A DNA stretch of 64,000 nt from a virus (Duplodnaviria; Heunggongvirae; Uroviricota; Caudoviricetes; Demerecviridae), in IMG/VR virus record IMGVR_UViG_651703040_000001; one strand, written 5' to 3'. The translations under genes and the position numbers were made by a program. The notes under the pieces were generated by a model that was given only the letters and a program-made list of their open reading frames with translations, did not search any database and was not told where the DNA came from. Positions 9,099 to 18,792 of this stretch are shown one piece after another (position 1 is the first letter of the stretch; every line of letters starts with the position of its first letter).

Positions 9099-9350
9099 TT
9101 ATTTCTTACCTTTCAGTTGCTTAACTTCACGCTCAAAGGATGCTGCACGGCGTTCGGCAGTTGCCTGATGCTCTTTCGCAAAACGTGCTTCCTGTTTTGC
9201 AAGGTTGAACGCCATAGCATTCTTATTCAGGGAATCATACATCTTTTTCATTGCCGGAATAGACATTTTCATCAGTTGCCCCTCAAATCCTTGCATATCG
9301 AGGAGAATTGCCAGAACGTTAGCCATTTCATTTTTAGTCATGTTTTCCAT
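9099..9350 (-). CDS. hypothetical protein (about 83 aa)
   Basis: The track ORF starts at 9368 inside the conserved promoter leader. The real start is probably the ATG 6 nt after the GAGAGGAAA SD. Confidence 0.5.
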   Translation of the reverse strand: MENMTKNEMANVLAILLDMQGFEGQLMKMSIPAMKKMYDSLNKNAMAFNLAKQEARFAKEHQATAERRAASFEREVKQLKGKK

Positions 9351-9367
9351 TAGAATTTCCTCTCTCA

Positions 9368-9425
9368 TTAATTTATGAACTTATTATACAGAATTTTAAG
9401 GCTTAAAGCAACTGAATTTTTTAAG
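9368..9425 (-). promoter_or_regulatory. early promoter-leader module
   Basis: Minus sense: TTGCTT, 17 nt, TATAAT, then CATAAATTAATGAGAGAGGAAATTCTA-ATG. Confidence 0.65.
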
Positions 9426-9428
9426 TAC

Positions 9429-9860
9429 TTACCAATCGTTAACAACGCCGGAGAACTCAGAAGCAAAAACTTTTTCAAATTTCTCTGCAATTTCAGGATG
9501 ATCTTTGCAGATCAGCTCAATACAGGCTTCTGGAGTCATTCCCTCATCTTCAGGATCACCGTAGTATTTATCCCAAAGATCATCAGGAATGATATGCTCC
9601 GCCAAATCTTGGAAAGAGATTAACTGATAACGTTCTGCCTCCTCAGGGATAAGAATTTCGCACAGATTTTTATCTATATCGCTACGATAATCCGCAATTA
9701 ATAGGGCATTGCAAGCATGACATTCCCAGACCATCAAACGTTCAGAGATAGGATTAGACTTATCCTGAACGTAAGACTGGAACAAGGTTCGGAAAGTTGC
9801 CTTAACTTGTTCAAACTTATCTGCTGCTGCGAAAACTAGAGCTTTATCAACTTTGTTCAT
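9429..9860 (-). CDS. hypothetical protein (143 aa)
   Basis: ORF with a promoter module at 9872-9925. Confidence 0.55.
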   Translation of the reverse strand: MNKVDKALVFAAADKFEQVKATFRTLFQSYVQDKSNPISERLMVWECHACNALLIADYRSDIDKNLCEILIPEEAERYQLISFQDLAEHIIPDDLWDKYYGDPEDEGMTPEACIELICKDHPEIAEKFEKVFASEFSGVVNDW

Positions 9861-10027
9861 TTTGATTCCTTCTCATCAATTTATAAAGTAATTATACAGA
9901 AACTTAAGCATTTTAGCAAATAAAACTTTTAATTAAAATGCCTAATCCCGTACCAATAGCAATACAAATGATTATAAGTATCGCTATCGCTTGTATGATT
10001 CGTTTAATAATAGCCTCAGCTATATAC

Positions 10028-10549
10028 TTAGACATCTAACATCCAACTAGTTTTATCATGCGAAGTGTACTTACCACCCATGATGTCTTCCAGGCGTACT
10101 GGTGATTTTGCATACTCGACACAAACGTTAATATAACGAGGATCTCCCATTAACTCAAAGTGAGTATGCCCATGTAAGTTCTTTTTACCTCTCAGCTCCC
10201 CAGGGTGTATTGGAGCATGGGAAAGCCAGAAGTTTTTATATTTAACTAGTGATTGTACGTTATCTACAACTCCTATTAAGTCTTTGAAAGATAATCCTTC
10301 TCGTTCTAAGTCGTGGTTTCCCAGAACTAACGTAGTTCTAACATTGCCAAAGAGTTTTTCGAACTTCTCCAAACCATTTCTAGATACAAATGCGTCTCCT
10401 AAAATATAGAATACTGTACGCTTATCTTTCATGGATGTAATAGTATCCATAATAAATTCATCATGCTCTTCCATAGTAGAGAAGATTGGTCTGAATTTAG
10501 TAATATTTGCATGCCCCAAGTGGAGATCACTCCAAAAGCGAACTTTCAT
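10028..10549 (-). CDS. calcineurin-like metallophosphoesterase (YfcE-like, 173 aa)
   Basis: Motifs DLHLGH, GDAF, GNHD and GHTH. The start overlaps the stop of the upstream gene (ATGA). Confidence 0.7.
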   Translation of the reverse strand: MKVRFWSDLHLGHANITKFRPIFSTMEEHDEFIMDTITSMKDKRTVFYILGDAFVSRNGLEKFEKLFGNVRTTLVLGNHDLEREGLSFKDLIGVVDNVQSLVKYKNFWLSHAPIHPGELRGKKNLHGHTHFELMGDPRYINVCVEYAKSPVRLEDIMGGKYTSHDKTSWMLDV

Positions 10550-11412
10550 TAAAGAATCCTCTGTACACCGCAGCTATCATTTTTGTCTGTGGTAAATGTG
10601 GTGATTTTGCCAGTTTCATCGTTAACTTGCGCAACCGTCAACTGCCCGTTGAAAACACCGCCAGTATCAAGATAAACACGGTTCTTATAAAGAAGTGGGT
10701 AAGGAACTCCAGTATGTCCGTGAAACACGAAATCTACCCCTTTAACTTCTGGCACTACGTTTATTAGTTCTTCCGGCATCCCTGCATACTTTTTAAAGTA
10801 TGGGTGATTTGCATCCTCAGACATATGGGAAAATACATCTTGAATAACATCACGATCCCATAGGTAGGCATCCATAAGATCCCCTAACTCATGACCTGTG
10901 GCATGTTCTAGTTGTACTACTAGATTGTCCCAATTAGGGATTTTTACTTCATTGCCACATTCTTTGTATTCAATTGGTACTGCGGCATGTGCTACACCAT
11001 ATTTTTTCCCTCTATGTAGCACAGTCATAAGTAGAGGCATTTTTTCAGCCATATCTTCGGCAATATTTTTAATGGTGTCTGCATCTAGTTCATTCATGGC
11101 CCACATACCACCATTATACATCCAATTAGCCCAATCTCCCACAATCATAAATTGATCATGATTACCACGTACACTGATAAAACGTGGATTATATAGGAAT
11201 TTGGCTAAGACTTGTAGGTTTTGTGTGCCTCGGTCAATTAAGTCACCAACACAGACAACATAGTCACGCTTTTCTTTATATCCTGCTAGTTTAAGAGCAT
11301 CTTCCAGCATATCATTACAGCCGTGAATATCTCCTACGAAGAACAGATTAGCATCGTCTGGTACTACTAACATTTCATGCAGGTTAAATTCTTTTTTCAT
11401 AATTATTCCCAA
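10549..11412 (-). CDS. Ser/Thr protein phosphatase (PPP family, 287 aa)
   Basis: Motifs GDIHGC, GDLIDRG and GNHD. Confidence 0.8.
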   Translation of the reverse strand: MGIIMKKEFNLHEMLVVPDDANLFFVGDIHGCNDMLEDALKLAGYKEKRDYVVCVGDLIDRGTQNLQVLAKFLYNPRFISVRGNHDQFMIVGDWANWMYNGGMWAMNELDADTIKNIAEDMAEKMPLLMTVLHRGKKYGVAHAAVPIEYKECGNEVKIPNWDNLVVQLEHATGHELGDLMDAYLWDRDVIQDVFSHMSEDANHPYFKKYAGMPEELINVVPEVKGVDFVFHGHTGVPYPLLYKNRVYLDTGGVFNGQLTVAQVNDETGKITTFTTDKNDSCGVQRIL

Positions 11413-11648
11413 ATAACAGTTAAAATAGTTGTGCCATAATCATTAGATAGTTGGAGAGTATAGCCCTCTTTATAGAGGGCTTTTATAGCTTCATAACTAA
11501 TTTCATCACGATTAAACTGTACAAAAGAACCTCCAATACCTACGGAAGAAACTATTCTCTTTTTAATATACTTATACGTTTTCTTCTTGCTCTTAAGGAG
11601 TGCAGCTCTATTTATCCTGGCTAAACGTTTTGCTTGTTCCGCTAACAT
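11403..11648 (-). CDS. hypothetical basic protein (81 aa)
   Basis: ORF. Confidence 0.5.
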   Translation of the reverse strand: MLAEQAKRLARINRAALLKSKKKTYKYIKKRIVSSVGIGGSFVQFNRDEISYEAIKALYKEGYTLQLSNDYGTTILTVIWE

Positions 11649-11652
11649 TTAA

Positions 11653-12030
11653 TTATCCCCATTGGTTAGTATGCTTCTCAGCTTCCTCATCGTTAGGCTC
11701 GAAGACAACATGGCAGTCAACTGCTTCCCAAAAAGCCTCACGGATTAAAGAGTTTTTAGCTGAAATGTCTAATTCTTCCCACTCTTCTAAAGTCTCTAGG
11801 TCTGTATCAACTTCGGTATCACAGCCAACCAGCCCCAAAGAAACAACAATAGTAACGCGATCTTCACGTTGTTCGGGATAAACATCAGCATATTCCCAAG
11901 CAGCTTCTTCAACATAATATTGTTGTTCCTTTTCTGGAAGTGACTTATACTTTTCTTCTGTAATACCCATCTCAACGGCGCGAGTACCACAAACTACATT
12001 GTTATTAATAATTAGATATGCATAGTTCAT
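11653..12030 (-). CDS. highly acidic protein (125 aa)
   Basis: D/E-rich ORF. Promoter module at 12036-12095. Confidence 0.5.
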   Translation of the reverse strand: MNYAYLIINNNVVCGTRAVEMGITEEKYKSLPEKEQQYYVEEAAWEYADVYPEQREDRVTIVVSLGLVGCDTEVDTDLETLEEWEELDISAKNSLIREAFWEAVDCHVVFEPNDEEAEKHTNQWG

Positions 12031-12128
12031 CGTAATACTCCTATCAATTTATATAAGTATTATACCAAAATTTTTAGCAAAAAGCAAGTAAAATAAAAGC
12101 CTGATCAGCTAAGATCAGGCTTTGTTTA

Positions 12129-12419
12129 TTAGTCCTCTGGATTATCATCCAGGAAATTTTTAATAGCTTCGTGCATAGTTTCTTTACGAAGCTGACGTCC
12201 AATCAAAATATGATTAGCTTCTACTCGACCATTAGGTAAGCGATCTGCCAGAACTACTACAGGAACTTGGCGCACACCAAATTTCTGCATTAATTCTGTA
12301 TTATCAGTCTCTTTGTGGACTTCCAAATTATAGTCACTGACTACTTTATCAAATACTGGCTCGAAAAGAGCACAAGGACGACACGTGGAACCTTTCAATA
12401 GATATACTAATTTACTCAT
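12129..12419 (-). CDS. thioredoxin/glutaredoxin-like protein (96 aa)
   Basis: CRPC redox motif near the N-terminus. A terminator hairpin lies downstream at 12097-12124. Confidence 0.6.
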   Translation of the reverse strand: MSKLVYLLKGSTCRPCALFEPVFDKVVSDYNLEVHKETDNTELMQKFGVRQVPVVVLADRLPNGRVEANHILIGRQLRKETMHEAIKNFLDDNPED

Positions 12420-12843
12420 AGTTATTAATGGCCTCTAAGAAGTTTTTCATGGTTTTTACTGTTGCGGTGCTCAGATCAAGATTTACACCCAAACACTCGG
12501 TTAATGCTTCCTGATAAGGAGCCTTTAATCTGCCTTCTGGGACTTCTACCTTCTTATATTCTTTATTTTTGACCTTTTTAATCATAGTCTCTAGTACAAG
12601 AAGCGGTAATTTAGCACCTTCAATATCAGTACCCAAAAGTTCAGTTAAAATTTTATTAAGATCAAGACGAGTTAACTTTTTGCCCTTAGACATAGATGCA
12701 CCTACCTTTGTATCAATAGATTTTTCCGCTTTCTTTTCGAGCTTTTTGTACTCAGGAGAGTCATGGTCACGGAGTGCAATGTTTAGCTCGTAATGTGGTA
12801 TACGAAAATGTTCCGCCATTTGAGTATAGAAACGATCAGACAT
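12412..12843 (-). CDS. hypothetical protein (143 aa)
   Basis: ORF. Confidence 0.5.
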   Translation of the reverse strand: MSDRFYTQMAEHFRIPHYELNIALRDHDSPEYKKLEKKAEKSIDTKVGASMSKGKKLTRLDLNKILTELLGTDIEGAKLPLLVLETMIKKVKNKEYKKVEVPEGRLKAPYQEALTECLGVNLDLSTATVKTMKNFLEAINNYE

Positions 12844-12918
12844 AATATATACCTCTCTTAACTAATTTATGTATATATTATACAATAACTAGGGCTAAAA
12901 GTCAACTACTTTTTTATC

Positions 12919-13335
12919 TTAATCTACTGCATGTATAAATCTTCTCCTAACTAGATACATAGTTATTGGGTAAATTGAGTACATAAGTATCGGGGAGAAA
13001 AGGGTGAAATACGCTGTAACTCCCCCAGCTAACATCAAAGGTATTAATGCTAGAATAAGGGCCATAAGAATCATGCCGAATGAAACAGCCAAAGCTATGG
13101 ATATAGGATTCTCTAGTTCCATCCATAACCAACAATATTTCGTATCTCTATGGCAATTGCATTTACAAACGCCGAATGAACCCATAATTATATACTCTAG
13201 TCCGTGAATAACCTTTATTAATAAGCTATTTCGGGTAGTTAATGCAAGGATAGTAAAGACTATCATTAAAACGAATACTACTAGACTTATTTTCCAGATA
13301 CCCAGCAGCATCATAAGGAATAGTTCTGCAAACAT
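12919..13335 (-). CDS. integral membrane protein (138 aa)
   Basis: Four predicted TM helices. Confidence 0.5.
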   Translation of the reverse strand: MFAELFLMMLLGIWKISLVVFVLMIVFTILALTTRNSLLIKVIHGLEYIIMGSFGVCKCNCHRDTKYCWLWMELENPISIALAVSFGMILMALILALIPLMLAGGVTAYFTLFSPILMYSIYPITMYLVRRRFIHAVD

Positions 13336-13412
13336 GGCTTTCTCCTATCTTCAAAAATTATTAAAGCCCCCTTTGCCTAAAAAGGCGGGAATATTCCCGC
13401 CTCAGTTATTAA

Positions 13413-13826
13413 TTAAACTAGTTCTATGTGTGGTCCGTCAAAAGTACCTCGTTGGATTTCATCCTTATAACTTCCATTTTGGTTCCAATCACCACCCCAT
13501 CTAATCTTTACTCCTAGCTCTTCGGCTGCTTTGAAGAAGGCATCTGCCACTAACTTGAAGGATTCTAGGTCATTCCAGTCAATCTTTCCATCCTTAAGTG
13601 GAGCAAAATCTACCGCCCTACCTTGAACATGCTTGGATTTGCTTGGGTCTTTTAAAAACGAGGTTCCATTAGCAATATTCTTAGCACTTTGCTCTAGAGA
13701 ACGAAGTCCTTCTGTAATCGTAAAATCATACGGGCTTAATTCTAAAGCCCTATGAGTTACTCTTACTAAGTCTGGATGAACACCTTTTAATCTATCTAAA
13801 CTTCTTTGACTAAATTTAAAACTCAT
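13413..13826 (-). CDS. endolysin, L-alanyl-D-glutamate peptidase (137 aa)
   Basis: Same length and close sequence similarity to the T5 endolysin as I remember it (LELSPYDFTI...NGTSFLKDPSKSKH...DGPHIELV). A terminator lies downstream at 13376-13393. Confidence 0.85.
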   Translation of the reverse strand: MSFKFSQRSLDRLKGVHPDLVRVTHRALELSPYDFTITEGLRSLEQSAKNIANGTSFLKDPSKSKHVQGRAVDFAPLKDGKIDWNDLESFKLVADAFFKAAEELGVKIRWGGDWNQNGSYKDEIQRGTFDGPHIELV

Positions 13827-14479
13827 ATTGATCTACCTAAAGATCTCTGTTGTGGGGAACAGAGCTTTGTTAAGTACTCGTTAAATTTCTCAGAATCGGC
13901 TGCATCTACAGGATTATCTTTCCAAGCAATACCAATATATCCAGCATAGATATTGTTTAGATTGAAATACGGACAAGTGTATATGTAATTAAAAGTAACA
14001 TTCTTAAACGCAGGTATATTTAACCCCATGTATTTATTTACTTTTACACTTAAGTCCGATGCGTAGTTAAAGCCGTCTAAGTGTCGTCTATATAGCTCAG
14101 ACGTTTTATTTACCGCTTTATCGGCCAAGTCAGTCCTATCTAATTGCGCATTGCTTTCCCATGCAATAATGTTAGAATAATCATTAACGGCATCGGGTTT
14201 ATACTTTACGACAAAAACAGCATCCGCACCCGTTTGGGAAAAAAGCACCATGCTCTTTTCTCTAGCTACGTTAGGAAAATTACTTATCCTTTGAGTTTGA
14301 ACATCCTGTAGAACCGCAGACGTGGAGAAAGTCTTTAAGAATGACATCACCTCACTAGTATTACTAACAAATAAGAAAATAATGACAGCAACTAAGATAG
14401 TTAGCAGACGTTTAAGAAGCGATGCTGGATCTTTCGCTTCTTGGAGCAGTACCGTTAATAATTGTAAGAACTTTTCCAA
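13823..14479 (-). CDS. holin (T5-type, 218 aa)
   Basis: N-terminal TM segment, 4-bp overlap with the endolysin start, same size as the T5 holin. Confidence 0.7.
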   Translation of the reverse strand: MEKFLQLLTVLLQEAKDPASLLKRLLTILVAVIIFLFVSNTSEVMSFLKTFSTSAVLQDVQTQRISNFPNVAREKSMVLFSQTGADAVFVVKYKPDAVNDYSNIIAWESNAQLDRTDLADKAVNKTSELYRRHLDGFNYASDLSVKVNKYMGLNIPAFKNVTFNYIYTCPYFNLNNIYAGYIGIAWKDNPVDAADSEKFNEYLTKLCSPQQRSLGRSI

Positions 14480-14597
14480 TTGTAACCTCCTCTAACCAGT
14501 ACCATTATACTAATTTTGGAGGAAAATTACAATGTGTTTTTAAAGATCTTATTTGGAGCATAAAATTTTGTCGTTGTCAAGAAGAATTTTAGATAAA

Positions 14598-14625
14598 AGA
14601 AAAGCCAGGGTCGTTAAACCCTGGC
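14598..14625 (-). terminator. hairpin terminator
   Basis: AAAAGCCAGGGTCGTTAAACCCTGGCTT. Confidence 0.65.
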
Positions 14626-14650
14626 TTAAAACTACTTACTCTTCATTATG

Positions 14651-15232
14651 CTACTCTGATCGAGATAACTGGGCTTTATTATATTGCTCAGATCGATATT
14701 TTGCCAAGATTTCAATACGCTTATGGATTTCTTTGCTATCTAGATAGATATTTTTATTGTCTTTTACCATCTCGTCGATTTCGTCTATTGAGAAGAACGG
14801 ATAGTAGACATCTAGCATCATATCTTCTACGAACTTGTTGTAAGATTCATAGGCTTTCTTGATTTCTTGACCCTTCTCACAGAATCCGCCAGAGAACGTG
14901 TGTCCCATTAGCGTAGCATGTGGGTGTACTACCCACCCATGACAGGATAGGAAAATTGTGCAGTAAGCAGAAGCACTAGGACCAACCAGATGTCCTATAA
15001 CTGTTCCACGGCAATTAGCAATTAAGTTAGATAACTGTGCAGCAGTATCAACATAACCACCCGGGCCATTAATCATCAGATTAATTTCGTCGTCCTCATT
15101 TGCTTGCATAAGTACCATTGATAAATCACGGTATTCATCCGGCGGGCCTAATTCTTCATCAAAGAAAAAGGTATACTCATTAGATTGGCGAATGGAGTGA
15201 AACAGGTTAGTCTTTTCTTTTTTATTAGTCAT
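14651..15232 (-). CDS. ClpP-like serine protease (193 aa)
   Basis: Motifs INGPGG, GHLVGPSASAY and a His in a ClpP-like arrangement. Confidence 0.6.
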   Translation of the reverse strand: MTNKKEKTNLFHSIRQSNEYTFFFDEELGPPDEYRDLSMVLMQANEDDEINLMINGPGGYVDTAAQLSNLIANCRGTVIGHLVGPSASAYCTIFLSCHGWVVHPHATLMGHTFSGGFCEKGQEIKKAYESYNKFVEDMMLDVYYPFFSIDEIDEMVKDNKNIYLDSKEIHKRIEILAKYRSEQYNKAQLSRSE

Positions 15233-15244
15233 AGCGATCCTTGA

Positions 15245-15997
15245 TTATCCAACTAGTGGTTCTAGCTCTAAGTCACAGAAGTTATAAACTTCTAGTTTAA
15301 GGTTATTGATACCATCGAATTTATTAACTAATTCGTGAGTAATATATTTTGCAGGAATACCACTTTCAGATGGATGATCTGATTTAATAGTGAACTTCTG
15401 CTCAGCTGGTACTACATTTACTATCAAAGAATCCATATCTAAATGGTTTGTTTCTCTGAGTAACTCTCCTTCATTGGGGAATCTAACATCTGTTATTACG
15501 GCGACGTCTGGGTCGTCTTTAGCGATGGATTGCTCCAGAATTATGAGCCAAATGCGTTCATGCACCAGCTGCCTTCCTAGCTCTGTTCCTACGAGCTGTA
15601 ACATTTTTCTCGGAGAAATAAATAAACTATAAAGTCCGTCCTCTTTATTCTCTGAGATAAGTTGTTGAGGATTAAGATATTTTTCCTCAAAAATAGGCCA
15701 AACGTACGAGAAGTCTTCAAACTTATCTATACCGTACTTAAACCACACATCTCTGGCTCGCTCCAATTGAGACTGTGTGACCGTAAACCATTGGTCAATC
15801 TCTTTTCCCCTGCGCTCTCCTAGAAACTCTGGAGTTACACCGAGGATTACGGATGCAAGTTCATAAACGGGCTTAGCAAAACTATAACGACGAGAAAAAC
15901 ACGTTGGATACGTGTCATTACACCAATCGATAATTAATTTTGCAACGGTATCTTTTCCCGAACCAGCTTCACCATGTAAACCGACTAATACTGACAT
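15245..15997 (-). CDS. dnk: deoxynucleoside monophosphate kinase (250 aa)
   Basis: P-loop GEAGSGKDT. Resembles the T5 dNMP kinase in size and sequence. Confidence 0.8.
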   Translation of the reverse strand: MSVLVGLHGEAGSGKDTVAKLIIDWCNDTYPTCFSRRYSFAKPVYELASVILGVTPEFLGERRGKEIDQWFTVTQSQLERARDVWFKYGIDKFEDFSYVWPIFEEKYLNPQQLISENKEDGLYSLFISPRKMLQLVGTELGRQLVHERIWLIILEQSIAKDDPDVAVITDVRFPNEGELLRETNHLDMDSLIVNVVPAEQKFTIKSDHPSESGIPAKYITHELVNKFDGINNLKLEVYNFCDLELEPLVG

Positions 15998-16350
15998 TAA
16001 TCTTTCCTATTGTTAATTGGTGGATAATATACTAAACAACGTTTTTCTTGCAAATCTTGGCGATAGAAGCAAACCATACTTGTCAGTCGTGAAATATATG
16101 AATATTCTGCCTCACGGCATTTTGCCAACATATTCCAATCTTTATATGGTACAACAACTACTACGCCATCTTCCCCATTTGTAGCTAATTTCTTTTCAAA
16201 CTTAAAGTCAAAGCTACAAGGTTGAAGTCCTTTAGGCCAGTCTACATGAGCTGTTGGTAGCTCATGTGTGGGTTCTGACTCTATTTCTTGTGCACAGCCT
16301 GTGATTGTGATTGCGGCTGCGAGCAGTATTCCAAGTTTCCAGTTAAACAT
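15997..16350 (-). CDS. lipoprotein (117 aa), possible o-spanin
   Basis: Signal peptide with an ITGC lipobox. Overlaps the upstream TM/coiled-coil gene. Confidence 0.5.
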   Translation of the reverse strand: MFNWKLGILLAAAITITGCAQEIESEPTHELPTAHVDWPKGLQPCSFDFKFEKKLATNGEDGVVVVVPYKDWNMLAKCREAEYSYISRLTSMVCFYRQDLQEKRCLVYYPPINNRKD

Positions 16351-16724
16351 GCTAATCTTTCCTCGAACTCCTTACTCTGCTTTTTAGCAATTAATGTTAC
16401 CAATCCAGGCTTTGCGGCTATAATATCTTGGCGGTTAAGTGCTTTATCAAGCTGACCAATTTTCTTATCTAAGTCTGCTTGAGAAATATTATTCATCGTG
16501 AAATACTGATTCATTCTAGTCTCACGAAGTTCGCTTTCAGCTTTCACCTTATTAAGGGAAATCTCTAGAGAAGAAATCTTTTTAGTAGCTACCGCAAGAT
16601 CTCCCGCTAAAGTCTCCACTTTATCTACTAAGTGATAAGTGCCGAACCCGATGCCTATCGCTAGACCTGCTCCCAGGATATACATCTTGTTATTCCAAAC
16701 TAAGTCTACAAACCCTTTCCGCAT
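16281..16724 (-). CDS. TM plus coiled-coil protein (147 aa), possible i-spanin
   Basis: N-terminal TM helix followed by a long coiled coil. Confidence 0.5.
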   Translation of the reverse strand: MRKGFVDLVWNNKMYILGAGLAIGIGFGTYHLVDKVETLAGDLAVATKKISSLEISLNKVKAESELRETRMNQYFTMNNISQADLDKKIGQLDKALNRQDIIAAKPGLVTLIAKKQSKEFEERLACLTGNLEYCSQPQSQSQAVHKK

Positions 16725-17221
16725 TAGCCTGTACTCGCAAACTCACCGTGGAGTTCTTTGAGTTTGGTATCCCGCCATTTTATAGCCTCTTCCAAACTCT
16801 TAAGTGTTTTCGAAACTTGCTTACCATGTTTGGTAATTCTTACTTGGTAAGTCCCATTTGTTTTTCTATGGATATTTTTAACGCCTAAATGGTTATCGCT
16901 TCTTACTTTTTGGTTACAAGCATTATCAGATCTTGTAGCAGGTCTTAGATTCTCAAATCTATCATTAGTTGGGTCTTTGTCCTTGTGATCAACTATTTCA
17001 GGCCATTCTCCAGTATGCCATGCATAGATTAATCTGTGCGCCCCGATAGCTAGGGAACCATTATATAGTTCAACTACTCTATGCCCTGTACTTTGTCTAG
17101 ATCCTGCTACTGTTCCGGCGAATATCTTATTAAAATGTTCGTCCCCTTCCCTGGGTTTCCAGATAAGATTACCATCTTCTTGGTAATCGAACATTCTTCT
17201 TAGCTCTTCCTTACTGATCAT
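16724..17221 (-). CDS. HNH homing endonuclease (165 aa)
   Basis: HNH motifs HRxxY...HxD...N. The C-terminal 60 aa are nearly identical to ORF 41869-42366. Confidence 0.75.
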   Translation of the reverse strand: MISKEELRRMFDYQEDGNLIWKPREGDEHFNKIFAGTVAGSRQSTGHRVVELYNGSLAIGAHRLIYAWHTGEWPEIVDHKDKDPTNDRFENLRPATRSDNACNQKVRSDNHLGVKNIHRKTNGTYQVRITKHGKQVSKTLKSLEEAIKWRDTKLKELHGEFASTG

Positions 17222-17898
17222 CTTTTCATATTCCTAAAAGAAGTAACAGTATCAAATCCATGTGCAGCTAAGCGATCCTTATCGGAAATCGTAATAGTAT
17301 TTGGTTCACCGGTTCCTAACACGCCCCAGATATATTGCTCGATCATCTGGTGTAAACGGTATAAGTTACTTTCAATTTCCTGCCACGGAATACCTGATAG
17401 GTGTAGACGCGGATTAGTTATAATCTTGAAGTATTTATTGTTATCTTTATCATTTGGAACTAATGAATCTAGAACTGCTAGCGGTACTCTTAGCTCAGAT
17501 AAGGCTTCTTTAGCTTTCGGGGTAACTTCTTCTTGCCACGATAAGATCGACTCTTTTGGCTTCCCTCTGTTTATGTCTAGCAAAGAAAACCCTGTTGACC
17601 ATCCCTTCTCATCTAAAATTTCTAACGCCTTGTCCAGACTGAAGGTTTTTACTTGGGTATCCAGTACATCAATGTGGTATAACCAGTAAATCTCCCCAGC
17701 TAGGAAGAAAGGCAAAATTTTAAAGTAGCCAATCTTCCCCTCAATACGAGCAATCCTACGTTCTTGCATGATCATATAGTTGCCATCATCTGGGGCTTTT
17801 ATTGTTAGCTCTTCAGTTTTACGTTCCCAAACACGATCTGCGTCAAATAAACTGTTCTGCAAATCATACACATCTACGAATTTAGAGATGATTTTCAT
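17218..17898 (-). CDS. hypothetical protein (226 aa)
   Basis: ORF. Promoter module at 17900-17960 and a terminator at 17976-18005. Confidence 0.6.
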   Translation of the reverse strand: MKIISKFVDVYDLQNSLFDADRVWERKTEELTIKAPDDGNYMIMQERRIARIEGKIGYFKILPFFLAGEIYWLYHIDVLDTQVKTFSLDKALEILDEKGWSTGFSLLDINRGKPKESILSWQEEVTPKAKEALSELRVPLAVLDSLVPNDKDNNKYFKIITNPRLHLSGIPWQEIESNLYRLHQMIEQYIWGVLGTGEPNTITISDKDRLAAHGFDTVTSFRNMKR

Positions 17899-17975
17899 AT
17901 TTAATCCTCTTGCCTCAATCTATAAACATATTATACAAAAGTTTGGGCATCTAAGCAACTAAAATTTTATTATAA

Positions 17976-18005
17976 AAATAGCCCAGTCGCAAAAGTGCAG
18001 GCTGG
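17976..18005 (-). terminator. hairpin terminator
   Basis: AGCCCAGTCGCAAAAGTGCAGGCTGGGCTTTG. Confidence 0.65.
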
Positions 18006-18052
18006 GCTTTGTCATTATTTGCTTTTGCTAGTAAGTTGATTTAGCATCAATC

Positions 18053-18433
18053 TTATATAATATTAGTTTCTCTAGCTTTGCGTAGTACCCCTGCATTTCT
18101 CCACAATTTGATGTCAGCAACTGTTTCTTTATATGGAGCAATGGTAGAACCAATTGGGCCAGCAACTAATAGTCCAAAGAACCCTACAATACGCATGTAG
18201 AACAAGCATTCTTTGGCTGTCATATTATTTACTGCTTTTTTCTGCTTTTCATCTTTAAACTCATGTTCTTGATTATCAATACGTAGATACTTAACAAACC
18301 ATTCAGCAGAGTATTCGTCCAAATGTCTAATAATAGCTATAGCATATCCAGCACCGATTAAAAACCAAGTTGTAATAAGAATTAGTAATATAGTCATATT
18401 ATCTCCAGTTAGGGCTAGCAGCCACCTCACCAC
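18053..18433 (-). CDS. membrane protein (126 aa)
   Basis: Three TM helices. Confidence 0.5.
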   Translation of the reverse strand: MVRWLLALTGDNMTILLILITTWFLIGAGYAIAIIRHLDEYSAEWFVKYLRIDNQEHEFKDEKQKKAVNNMTAKECLFYMRIVGFFGLLVAGPIGSTIAPYKETVADIKLWRNAGVLRKARETNII

Positions 18434-18507
18434 TTACCGCACTAAGGGGCACGACTCCCTTATCCGTAACAGTTGCAGGTGACGCAACTCGGTCCTACGC
18501 GAGTTCT

Positions 18508-18792
18508 TTAAATATTCCGCATTTCAGCTTTAAACTTTTTCATATTACGAGTTTTTCTATAAAAGAAAAACACAGATGTTGGGCCTAGAAGAATATCCAC
18601 AATAAATATCATAGATCTAGCACATCTGAGTAATGTTTTATCATCAAGAGGTGGTATGTCTAACGGTCGAGTTTTATGTATAACGTATAATATTACATCT
18701 TTATTCTTAGAAATATACAGATCATCAACCAAGCTATAAATAGCAACCACAGATCCGATGACGAACCAAAGAGCAAATGGAGAGATAATCAT
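18508..18792 (-). CDS. membrane protein (94 aa)
   Basis: Hydrophobic N-terminus. Confidence 0.45.
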   Translation of the reverse strand: MIISPFALWFVIGSVVAIYSLVDDLYISKNKDVILYVIHKTRPLDIPPLDDKTLLRCARSMIFIVDILLGPTSVFFFYRKTRNMKKFKAEMRNI

